Shown: positions 46,008 to 54,361, numbered from the stretch's first letter. The stretch is DNA of 61,819 bases from an uncultured Anaerolineales bacterium (GCA_964567975.1 CAZMOW010000005.1:1-61819), one strand, 5' to 3'. Program-made: numbers and translations. Notes: generated from the letters alone by a model not told the origin.

Positions 46008-46130
46008 CTATTCGGTCTCGCAGGGATGTTCGCTGACGTCACCGTGGCATTCCCGAATCTGCTCGGGGGCGCAATCGCCAGGCTCACCTTCCAGCCGTTC
46101 TGGATGGGCGCACTCGCAGTCGCAGCACAT
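46008..46130 (-). CDS. 40-aa Cys/His-rich small protein, absent from the ORF track (metallothionein-like candidate)
   Basis: Hand translation: MCCDCECAHPERLEGEPGDCAPEQIRECHGDVSEHPCETE-stop, with 7 Cys and 4 His. AAAGGAGGTGAGG lies immediately upstream of the ATG. It starts 25 nt after the arsR stop on the same strand, and a 10-bp hairpin (45958-45996) follows. Confidence 0.5.
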   Translation of the reverse strand: MCCDCECAHPERLEGEPGDCAPEQIRECHGDVSEHPCETE

Positions 46131-46155
46131 GGATACCTCACCTCCTTTCCAAAGA

Positions 46156-46470
46156 TTAGGATTCCTTTACCATTTTACAAAAAGCCTCGCCCAACTGCTC
46201 ACGGGCCAGGCGCTGATAGGCGGCTATCCGTTCGTGATCCAAGTAGTAGTGAAGCCGATATCCCTGCCGCTCTCCCCGCACAAGTCCCAGGTCTTTCAAG
46301 ATGCGCAGATGCTGGGAGACGGCCGAAGAACTGACGCCCAGTTCCTGGGCCAGGCGGCCCACACACAGGGCTCGCCCGGGCCGCTGTTGGGCCAGGAGCC
46401 GTACAAGTTGTAGACGGGTCTCGTCGGCGAGGGCTTTGTAGAATGGAACCAGTTTGTCCATTTCGCTCAC
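46156..46470 (-). CDS. ArsR/SmtB-family metalloregulator
   Basis: ALADETRLQLVRLL...LCVGRLAQELGVSSSAVSQHLRILKDLGLV is a winged-HTH ArsR pattern. Start is GTG 46470 or ATG 46461. Confidence 0.85.
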   Translation of the reverse strand: MSEMDKLVPFYKALADETRLQLVRLLAQQRPGRALCVGRLAQELGVSSSAVSQHLRILKDLGLVRGERQGYRLHYYLDHERIAAYQRLAREQLGEAFCKMVKES

Positions 46471-46481
46471 GGCTTTGATTT

Positions 46482-46491
46482 AGTGATCACT
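46482..46491. promoter_or_regulatory. candidate ArsR operator (10-bp perfect palindrome)
   Basis: AGTGATCACT lies 12-21 nt upstream of the arsR GTG. The duplicated copy at 48821-48830 reads AGTGATTACT. Confidence 0.3.
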
Positions 46492-46676
46492 TACATACTA
46501 ATATAGTTGCAGGGTTTAAGACTGTCAAATATGCTGGTGGCGTCAACTACGGGAAATCCCCTAGCCGTCATGGAGAAGGTGCTTAGCGGACATTCTCTTC
46601 AGCATACTCCCATATCCTGTCAGTTCACGTCACAAGCGGTACAAAAGTTTTTTGGAGGAAAATCATATCGCAGCTT

Positions 46677-48401
46677 TTATTCCAGCAATTGCGAGTTGTA
46701 GAGGCGAGTGTACAACCCCCCATTTTTAAGCAGCGTCTCATGTGTTCCTCTTTCGACTATCTCGCCTTCGTCCATAACCAGTATCTTATTAGCGTTCTGG
46801 ACAGTGGATAGTCTGTGAGCGATGATGAAAACGGTGCGATTCTCCACAAGATCCCCCAATGCTTCCTGGATCAAGGCCTCTGTTTCCGCATCAACGGAGG
46901 ATGTGGCTTCATCCAGGATTAGGATGCAAGGATCTTTAAGGATGGCTCTAGCGATAGAGATTCGTTGCTTTTCTCCAACCGATAGCTTGGCGGCTCTTTC
47001 ACCGACCTGGGTCTTATATCCTTCGGGCAGGGCTTTGATGAAGCGGTGAGCATTAGCTGCTTTGGCTGCGGCAACGATCTCATCCATTGTAGCATTGGGT
47101 TCTCCGAATACAATATTTTCCTCAACGGTCCCGTCGAATAGGAAAGTCTCTTGAGAAACTATGCCGATCTGCCTTCGCAGGGCCTCTGTCCGCAACTCTT
47201 TGACATCATATCCATCGATGGTGATCTTCCCTTGGCTTATGTCATAGAAGCGCGGTATGAGACTTAGCAGGGTGGTCTTCCCCGCTCCTGTGGGGCCCAC
47301 CAAGGCGACGGCCTCTCCCGGATGAGCCTCAAGATTCACGTTCTGTAAAACCTTGCTTCTGGTGACGTAACCAAAGGAAACGTTATTAAAAAGTACATGC
47401 CCTTTGCAGGGAGTGGGAAGGGGGATAGCGTCCTTGGCCTGTGAGATATCCGGCGTCACATCCAATATCTCAAAGACCCTTTCTGCAGCAGCGCGAGCTC
47501 GCTGCAAGGTGTGGTTTAGTCTATTCAGATCATGAACAGGCTGATAGAACTGGCCAACGTAGGAAATGAAGGCGACCATCTCTCCTACAGTTAGGCTCCC
47601 AACGATGATCTCTAGGCCGCCACGCCAAAGTATCAAAAGAGTACCGGCGGCTATAATAAACTGTATCGTGGGGGAGAAGATTGATCTCAGCTTGACGGCC
47701 CTCATATTGGCCGCGTAGTAGTTCTGATTCTCCCTGGCAAATTGTTCTGCCGCATAGTCCTCTTGGGTAAAGGCTTTGATCTCCTTCATTCCCGAGACGT
47801 TATCCTGTAGCCGTGCGCCCATATCCGCCAATCTCTTCCGTGCTTGACGAAAGAGCACAATCACCCGCTTGCTGAATTGATATATCGCCACCGATAGAAT
47901 CGGGATGGGGAGCATCGCGAGCAACGCCAGCCGCCAATTCATATACAACAGGACTGCCGAAATCCCTATCAGGGTTAAGACAGAGACGATAAAAGTTTCT
48001 GTCCCGTTGATGATTATGTCTTGTAGAACGTCGATGTCATTGATTATTTTGGACATTATTGTGCCGGTTTGAGTGCCCTCGTAGTAGCTTAAGGATAACC
48101 TCTGGAGATGCTCATAGGCCCGGTTTCGCAAATCGAAGATGACCTTTTGTCCAAGGTAGTTCGTCAGGAAGGATTTGCCCGCTATGAGAACGCTTCTTAG
48201 CACATAGACGAGAAGAAGGCCAAGGATGAGCAGATTCAGCGTGTGTATACTTCTGTTCACTACGACATTGTCGATTATTACCTTCATGAACCACGGGGGG
48301 ACAAGGTTCACCAGAGTCGCCAAGAGCGAACAGAAGACAGCTGCGAGAGCTTCTCGCCAGTAGGATTTGACATAATGCAATAATGCCAACATGGGCTTCA
48401 T
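46677..48401 (-). CDS. MsbA-like ABC exporter half-transporter (probable homodimer), low-GC
   Basis: 574 aa. Six-TM domain, [29 protein letters not shown]. Clearly lower GC than its neighbours. Confidence 0.9.
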   Translation of the reverse strand: MKPMLALLHYVKSYWREALAAVFCSLLATLVNLVPPWFMKVIIDNVVVNRSIHTLNLLILGLLLVYVLRSVLIAGKSFLTNYLGQKVIFDLRNRAYEHLQRLSLSYYEGTQTGTIMSKIINDIDVLQDIIINGTETFIVSVLTLIGISAVLLYMNWRLALLAMLPIPILSVAIYQFSKRVIVLFRQARKRLADMGARLQDNVSGMKEIKAFTQEDYAAEQFARENQNYYAANMRAVKLRSIFSPTIQFIIAAGTLLILWRGGLEIIVGSLTVGEMVAFISYVGQFYQPVHDLNRLNHTLQRARAAAERVFEILDVTPDISQAKDAIPLPTPCKGHVLFNNVSFGYVTRSKVLQNVNLEAHPGEAVALVGPTGAGKTTLLSLIPRFYDISQGKITIDGYDVKELRTEALRRQIGIVSQETFLFDGTVEENIVFGEPNATMDEIVAAAKAANAHRFIKALPEGYKTQVGERAAKLSVGEKQRISIARAILKDPCILILDEATSSVDAETEALIQEALGDLVENRTVFIIAHRLSTVQNANKILVMDEGEIVERGTHETLLKNGGLYTRLYNSQLLE

Positions 48402-48602
48402 ACAGCACCTTCTCGTATAATAGTATTGTCTCCTTCCCGGTTTGGAAAGCCCTGAAGGGACATCGCTTTCAATGCCCCTGGATTCAGATTCTTTCGCGTT
48501 GCTCAGAATAAGGAACGATCATTAGGCAGCTCTGCGGGATATACTTTGGATCCCATCTGATGCGGTTGACAATCTTCTTTTCCGCTCCAACGGAGCGGAA
48601 AA

Positions 48603-48809
48603 CCCTGCCGCTCTCCCCGCACAAGTCCCAGGTCTTTCAAGATGCGCAGATGCTGGGAGACGGCCGAAGAACTGACGCCCAGTTCCTGGGCCAGGCGGCC
48701 CACACACAGGGCTCGCCCGGGCCGCTGTTGGGCCAGGAGCCGTACAAGTTGTAGACGGGTCTCGTCGGCGAGGGCTTTAGAATGGAACCAGTTTGTCCAT
48801 TTCGCTCAC
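48603..48809 (-). pseudogene. arsR pseudogene (duplicate of 46262-46470)
   Basis: Near-identical to the functional copy, but a 2-bp deletion turns codon 8 into TAA (ATG GAC AAA CTG GTT CCA TTC TAA). Homology also stops about 35 codons before the normal C-terminus, at 48603. Confidence 0.8.
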
Positions 48810-49116
48810 GGCTTTGATTTAGTGATTACTTACATACTAATATAGTCGGGAGCTGGAGACCTGTCAAATTCAAGGGAACCCCTGGAGATGTTAGAGAAGA
48901 TATTCACGGGAGAGATTTCACGGTATGAGGGTAAAGGAGCGCTCCCAGCATTTTCAAAACAAAAGCTCGGGGAAGAGTGAATGTGAAGTTGGGAGTTCTC
49001 CATCGCCGAGACGCAGATAAAAAGGGAGGAAAAAAGCATTCCGTCTCTGCCGGTGAGACCTATTTCCCCTATCAAGCCCTGGAGTATGGGGGGATGCGTC
49101 GTCCTGGTTCCTGATC

Positions 49117-49746
49117 CTACATCTCGCGGATGACGCCGATGACTTTGCCCTGTATCTCCACCTTGTTGGCCCTCACATAGATGGGATCGAAGGTGGGGTT
49201 GCGAGGCTGCAGGCGCACGCGCTGTCCGCCGGCTTCCAGGTGGAACTCTTTTAGAGTCACCGTTTCCTCGTCCACGAGCCAGGCGGCCACCGTATCGCCG
49301 TTCTCGGCCGATCGTTGATGTCGCATGACGACGATATCGCCGTCGGCGATGAGGCTGTCGATCATCGAGTTGCCGTGCACGCGGAGGGCATAGATATCGT
49401 CCGTATTATTGAGCATCTCTGTGGGCACGGCGACGTGATCCAGTGCCGCCTCAGGGGCCTCGCTCCCTGGCACGGGAATCGGCTCGCCGGCCACGATGTT
49501 GCCCAGCAGAGGGACGGGCATGGCCGTCGTCTCTTCCTGCAGGCGCAAGCCCCGAGAGGTGTCTTTGTTGCGAGTGAGATAGCCCTTTTTCTCCAGTGCG
49601 TTCAGGTTGTAGCTGACCACGGAGGTGGACGAGATGCCGGCCGCCTCGCCTATCTCGCGGATGGTGGGGGGATAGCCGTACTCCACCAGATAGTCGCGGA
49701 TCGTCTCCAGGATCTTTTTCTGACGTTCGGACAATTCCTTTGCCAT
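49117..49746 (-). CDS. lexA: LexA repressor
   Basis: LSERQKKILETIRDYLVEYGYPPTIREIGEA, cleavage site VAGEP, Ser-Lys dyad context GNSM ... TLKEF. Confidence 0.9.
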   Translation of the reverse strand: MAKELSERQKKILETIRDYLVEYGYPPTIREIGEAAGISSTSVVSYNLNALEKKGYLTRNKDTSRGLRLQEETTAMPVPLLGNIVAGEPIPVPGSEAPEAALDHVAVPTEMLNNTDDIYALRVHGNSMIDSLIADGDIVVMRHQRSAENGDTVAAWLVDEETVTLKEFHLEAGGQRVRLQPRNPTFDPIYVRANKVEIQGKVIGVIREM

Positions 49747-49791
49747 ATGGCACACCGCTCCTTTCTCTCAGCCACTTGCATCCATTATAAT

Positions 49792-49803
49792 GAACATATG
49801 TTC
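49792..49803. promoter_or_regulatory. LexA (SOS) box of the GAAC-N4-GTTC type
   Basis: GAACATATGTTC lies 46 nt upstream of the lexA ATG, directly abutting a minus-strand TATAAT (plus-strand ATTATA, 49784-49789). Confidence 0.75.
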
Positions 49804-49878
49804 TATGTCAAATCGGTGATAGGGATGACTGTCCGCGGGTAGACGCTAGATGCGTAGACTTGGCGACGGGATGTCGAT

Positions 49879-49906
49879 GTAGAGACGCAAGATCTTGCGT
49901 CTCTAC
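49879..49906. repeat. 28-bp perfect palindrome
   Basis: GTAGAGACGCAAGATCTTGCGTCTCTAC, nested between GGCGACG (49862-49868) and CGTCGCC (49924-49930). Confidence 0.8.
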
Positions 49907-50113
49907 GCTCTGGGATATTGGCACGTCGCCGCATCATCTGACCGCACGTGGCAAGCCCGTCCTCAGCTGAGGGTTCAAATCTTGACGCTTCGAGTGGATA
50001 GTGACCGGGCAACTCGACAGCATGGAGGGCTTGCACTATGATAGGGGCAGATTGAGAGTTCAATGATCTTCTATGGTGCATTCGGTTCTTTCCGGATAAG
50101 AAAGGAGTACTCG

Positions 50114-50878
50114 ATGAAAGGTGTCGTTCTGGCTGGGGGATTGGGGACGCGGCTCTATCCCTTGACCCACGCTACAAACAAGCATCTGCTGCCGGTCTAT
50201 AATAGGCCCATGATCTTTTATCCCATCGATACGCTGGTGCAGGCGGGCATCACCGAGATTATGGTGGTCACCGGCGGCCCCCACGCGGGGGATTTCATTC
50301 GTGTGCTAAAGAATGGGACGCAATTGGGCCTGGCTCATCTGGAGTATGCCTATCAGGAAGATGAGGGGGGCATCGCGGACGCCCTGAGTCTGGCGGAAGA
50401 CTTTTCCGATGGGGGGCCTTTGGCTGTCATCCTGGGAGACAATACCACCGACGCCGATATCTCTGAGGCCGTACAGGGGTTCGAGGAGGGGGCCCTCGTC
50501 TTCTTGCGGCGCGTCCCCGATCCAGAGCGCTTTGGCGTGCCCAAGTTCGATCCGCAGACCGACAGAATTGTAGCCATTGAGGAAAAGCCGGAGGAGCCCA
50601 AGAGCGATTACGCCGTCACGGGCCTTTATCTTTATGATGCGCGCGTCTTTGATTTCATCCGCAGGGCTACTCCCTCGGAGCGGGGCGAGTTGGAGATCAC
50701 GGATATCAACAACATGTACATCGAGATCGGCCAATTGCGGTGGGCAGAACTGAACGGCTTCTGGTCGGATGCCGGGACCTTTGAGAGTCTGTTTCGGACC
50801 AACGCCTACTGGGCGCAAAAGGTGACGGGCAGGGCGTGTGAGGATTTTGGGTCGTATCTTGAGACGCCACCCGAATAG
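50114..50878 (+). CDS. sugar-1-phosphate nucleotidyltransferase (RmlA-like, glucose-1-phosphate thymidylyltransferase family)
   Basis: MKGVVLAGGLGTRLYPLTHATNKHLLPVYNRPMIFYPI. AAAGGAG RBS before ATG 50114. Confidence 0.8.
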   Translation: MKGVVLAGGLGTRLYPLTHATNKHLLPVYNRPMIFYPIDTLVQAGITEIMVVTGGPHAGDFIRVLKNGTQLGLAHLEYAYQEDEGGIADALSLAEDFSDGGPLAVILGDNTTDADISEAVQGFEEGALVFLRRVPDPERFGVPKFDPQTDRIVAIEEKPEEPKSDYAVTGLYLYDARVFDFIRRATPSERGELEITDINNMYIEIGQLRWAELNGFWSDAGTFESLFRTNAYWAQKVTGRACEDFGSYLETPPE

Positions 50879-50983
50879 CAGGATGAGAGAGTTCCTGTTG
50901 GTTGACAGTTTGACAGTGCTCTCTTGCTATCTCACAATCGTGACGTGTCAAGCATAGAAAGTCTATAGGAGAGTAAATAAATC

Positions 50984-51880
50984 ATGGGTATCAGCGGAGT
51001 ATATCCGCCCATTGCGACCCCGTTCGATGTACAGGGTAATTTGGATCGCGAGGCCCTGAGGGCCAACGTGGAGAAATGGAACGAGACGGGACTGGCGGGT
51101 TATGTGGTGGCTGGCTCCAACGGGGAAAGCGTGCTGTTGGAGGCGGAGGAAGTGCTAGCGATCGTGCGCGTGGTCCGCGACGCGGCCCTTCCGGATCAGC
51201 ACGTCATCGCGGGCACGGGGCGCCAGTCCACGGCGGCGACTATAAGGCTTACCGAGAAGGCTGCCGAGGCGGGCGCGGAGGTGGCGTTGGTGATGACGCC
51301 CTCCTTTTACGCCAAGCAGATGACGCCACCGGCCCTCATTCACCACTATGAGATGCTGGCCGATGCCTCTCCGGTGCCCATCCTGATCTACAACGTGCCC
51401 AAGTTCACCCATCTGAACATCTCGCCCGAGACGGTGGCCCGCCTGGCCTCCCATGAGGGCATCATCGGCATCAAGGATAGCGCAGGTGATATTGGGCAGA
51501 TCATCGATCTGGTGCGCCTCTGTCCCTCCGATTTCAATATCATGGTGGGCAATGGGCCGGCCTTTTTCAGTGCACTTCAGGCCGGAGCCCGTGGCGGCAT
51601 CCTGGCCCTGGCCAACGTGGCCCCGCGGGAGTGCGTCAGCATCTGGGAACTGGTGAATGCGGGGAGAAATGAGGAGGCGCGGGATATTCACTACCGGCTC
51701 ATGCCGGTGGGGCGGGCCGTCACCTCGGGATATGGTATCCCTGGGCTAAAGGGTTGTCTGGATCTTTTGGGATATCGTGGGGGGACGCCACGTTCTCCCC
51801 TGTTGCCAGCTGACGGCGCGACGCGAGAGCGACTAAGAGAGATACTTTTGGCCGCAGGGCTGCTCGCCCCTGCCACATAG
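50984..51880 (+). CDS. DapA-family (dihydrodipicolinate synthase / N-acetylneuraminate lyase family) class I aldolase
   Basis: VAGSNGES, IYNVP, and the Schiff-base Lys context IIGIKDS. Specific substrate not assignable. Confidence 0.75.
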   Translation: MGISGVYPPIATPFDVQGNLDREALRANVEKWNETGLAGYVVAGSNGESVLLEAEEVLAIVRVVRDAALPDQHVIAGTGRQSTAATIRLTEKAAEAGAEVALVMTPSFYAKQMTPPALIHHYEMLADASPVPILIYNVPKFTHLNISPETVARLASHEGIIGIKDSAGDIGQIIDLVRLCPSDFNIMVGNGPAFFSALQAGARGGILALANVAPRECVSIWELVNAGRNEEARDIHYRLMPVGRAVTSGYGIPGLKGCLDLLGYRGGTPRSPLLPADGATRERLREILLAAGLLAPAT

Positions 51881-51930
51881 TGTATGCTGAAGACGTCTGA
51901 GAAACGGAACGAGGGAGGAGCGTTGACACC

Positions 51931-52503
51931 ATGACATTAAAAAGCCTCGTGGTCTACTTTTCGCCAGGGGGTAACACCAAAAAGGTCGCCGGGGCCATCG
52001 TGAGGGGCCTGGAGAGCCGGGATGCTGGCGTGAAACTTTTGCCCCTGAAAGAGGCCGGGGAAGAGGATCTCTACGCCTACGATCTCGTCTGTCTGGGCGC
52101 CCCTGCCTACAATTTCAGTGTGCCGGCGCCTGTGGGACGCTACGTCAAGGAACAACTACGGAGAGCCCATGCGCGGGATCGGGTGCAGTTGCGCGCCCCG
52201 ACTCTCTCCGACAAATGGGCCGTCGTCTTTGTCACCTATGCAGGACCCCATACAGGTGTAGACGAGGCCACGCCTGCGGGCGATCATATGGCGCAGATGT
52301 TTCGCCATCTGAGATTCGAGGTCAGGGGCACATGGTACACGGTGGGCGAGTTCCACGATGAGAACTCGCCGAGCAATCTCTACGGTCGTCTGGGAGATAT
52401 CCGTGGACGTCCCAACGCCCATGACCTGGGGGTCATAGAGAGCAATGCCGCGGGACTGGCCTTTGTCCTGGAGCACGAAAAGGTGAGCGCGGAAGAAGAC
52501 TGA
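51931..52503 (+). CDS. flavodoxin-like protein
   Basis: LVVYFSPGGNTKKVA is an FMN-phosphate-loop-like N-terminus. 190 aa. Confidence 0.55.
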   Translation: MTLKSLVVYFSPGGNTKKVAGAIVRGLESRDAGVKLLPLKEAGEEDLYAYDLVCLGAPAYNFSVPAPVGRYVKEQLRRAHARDRVQLRAPTLSDKWAVVFVTYAGPHTGVDEATPAGDHMAQMFRHLRFEVRGTWYTVGEFHDENSPSNLYGRLGDIRGRPNAHDLGVIESNAAGLAFVLEHEKVSAEED

Positions 52504-52527
52504 CATTCCAGGCCCTTGAAGCAGGAG

Positions 52528-54333
52528 TCAGACCAGGGCTTCCAGTGTCTTTAACTGGTCCTCGAACTCGATAAGGGCGTCCTTGACTGGCTGTGGCGTG
52601 GTGAGATCGACGCCGGCATCCTTCAGAAGATCCAGCGGATACTTGCTGCGGCCGCTTTTCAGGAAGGTGATATAGTCGTCGAGGGCGCTTTTCTCTTGTC
52701 CCAGGATCCTGAAGGCGATGGCCACGGCGGCGCTCATGCCCGTGGCGTATTTGTAGACGTAGAAATTGTAGAAAAAGTGGTCGATGCGGGACCATTCCCA
52801 GGCGATGGAGGTATCCTCCTTATCAAAGGCCACACTGTCACCAAAATAGCGTTTGACGAGATCATAGTAGCTCTCGTCCAAGCCATCGGCAGTGAGGGGT
52901 TGTCCCTCCTCGCTCTGTGTATGGATCATCTTTTCGAACTCGGCGAACATGGTCTGGCGGAACAGGGTACCCCGGAAACTGTCCAGATAGCGGTCGATCA
53001 GGTAGGCGCGTGTGGCCTCGTCCCGTGCAGTGGAAAGTAGGTGATGGGTGAGCAGACTCTCGTTGACCGTCGAGGCCACCTCGGCCACGAGGATGCGATA
53101 GTCTGCCAGAGGATAGGGTTGGTTGCGGTTTGAGTACCAGCTGTGCATGGAGTGGCCCCCCTCGTGGGCCAGGGTGAAGACAGAGTCCAGATCCCCCGTA
53201 TAGTTCATGAGGATGTAGGGCATGGACTCGTAGCAGCCCGAGGAGTAGGCTCCCGAGCGCTTGCCCACGTTCTCGTAACGATCCACCCATCCCTCAGTCA
53301 ACCCTTGACGCAGCGCCGTCACATATTCCGTCCCCAGCGGCTCCATAGCCCGGCAGATCAGATCCACGGCTTCCTCGTATGTATGTTCTACATCCACTTC
53401 TGGGACCGCTGGCACATAGATGTCGTACATGTGCATGTGGTCGAGTCCCAGCAGGCGTCTGCGGAGGGTCATGTAGCGGTAAAAGGTGGGCAGAGCATCG
53501 TGCACGGCAGAGAGCAATGTATTATAGACCGAGGTGGTCACATTGTCCTGAAAGAGGGCGGCCTCCAGGGCCGAGGGGAAATCTCTCGCGCGCGCCTCAA
53601 AGATGTGGGCCTTGATCATGCCGTCCAGCATAGAAGAGATGGTCTGGCGGTTCCCCCGATACTCGGCATAGTAGTTATCATAGGCGGTCTTGCGCACCGT
53701 CCTGTCCTTGCTCCGTAACAGGGTTAGAAATGCGGCGTGTGTCAGTTGCCGCTCTTTGCCCTCTTCATCCTCAACTCGGGGCAGGCGCGCCGCCAGATCC
53801 ACGTTCTTGAGTACGCTAAAGATCTTGCCAAAGGCGGCCAGGGGTTCGCCAGCCATGGACAGGAGCCGCTCCTCGTCGCGGGAGAGGGTGTATGGCTTGT
53901 GCCGCAGCACATCCTGGAGCCAGACGCGATAGGGAGCGAGGATATCCTCTTGCAGCCATTCCCATATTATCTCGTCGTCGAGGCTCAGAATCTCTGGGGC
54001 CAGATAGGAACCCGCGGTATCCAGCTCGGTGTACAGGGAGCGGGCCCGTTCCCGCATCTGCTCATAGTGACTGTTACTGAGGTCCTCGTCGCTCCGCAGA
54101 TGGGCATAGACCCATAGCTTTTCCATCTGTCTGTTGGCCGCGAACCAAGTTTGCAACGCCTCTGCCAGTATATCTGGGGAATCGAGCCTGCCCCTGTAAG
54201 AAGCCACTTCCTCGGGCATCTTTTTGGCGGCCTCGAAATCGCGTTCCCAGTCCCCGTCTTGGGCATAGAGTGCTTTGAGGCACCATCTGTCCTCTTCCCG
54301 AACCTGGTCTCGCTCTGGCGATTCCTTTGTCAT
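52528..54333 (-). CDS. pepF: oligoendopeptidase F (M3B metallopeptidase)
   Basis: HEGGHSMH zinc motif and about 600 aa. ATG 54333 (MTKESPERD) avoids overlap with the upstream gene; the track ORF extends to 54543. Confidence 0.85.
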   Translation of the reverse strand: MTKESPERDQVREEDRWCLKALYAQDGDWERDFEAAKKMPEEVASYRGRLDSPDILAEALQTWFAANRQMEKLWVYAHLRSDEDLSNSHYEQMRERARSLYTELDTAGSYLAPEILSLDDEIIWEWLQEDILAPYRVWLQDVLRHKPYTLSRDEERLLSMAGEPLAAFGKIFSVLKNVDLAARLPRVEDEEGKERQLTHAAFLTLLRSKDRTVRKTAYDNYYAEYRGNRQTISSMLDGMIKAHIFEARARDFPSALEAALFQDNVTTSVYNTLLSAVHDALPTFYRYMTLRRRLLGLDHMHMYDIYVPAVPEVDVEHTYEEAVDLICRAMEPLGTEYVTALRQGLTEGWVDRYENVGKRSGAYSSGCYESMPYILMNYTGDLDSVFTLAHEGGHSMHSWYSNRNQPYPLADYRILVAEVASTVNESLLTHHLLSTARDEATRAYLIDRYLDSFRGTLFRQTMFAEFEKMIHTQSEEGQPLTADGLDESYYDLVKRYFGDSVAFDKEDTSIAWEWSRIDHFFYNFYVYKYATGMSAAVAIAFRILGQEKSALDDYITFLKSGRSKYPLDLLKDAGVDLTTPQPVKDALIEFEDQLKTLEALV

Positions 54334-54361
54334 GGCATTTCCTTTTTGAAAACGTCTCCGG

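Noticed and set aside
46008-46130. Cys-rich 40-aa ORF as a RiPP precursor (SCIFF-like or other radical-SAM-modified peptide)
   Set aside because: No radical SAM maturase, lanthionine synthetase, cyclodehydratase or peptidase-domain ABC transporter is adjacent. The sequence does not match the SCIFF consensus as I recall it. The ArsR context favours a metal or redox role.
46507-46701. 64-aa plus-strand ORF between arsR and the exporter, and the 81-aa minus-strand ORF at 48830-49075
   Set aside because: Neither has a recognisable motif or RBS. Both lie in regions that are partly duplicated, degenerate non-coding sequence.
48578-48602. 11-bp-stem hairpin (TTTTCCGCTCC-AAC-GGAGCGGAAAA) as a rho-independent terminator
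   Set aside because: On both strands the GC-rich stem is preceded by T's and followed by A's, the wrong polarity for an intrinsic terminator. I kept it only as a landmark of the arsR-duplication breakpoint.
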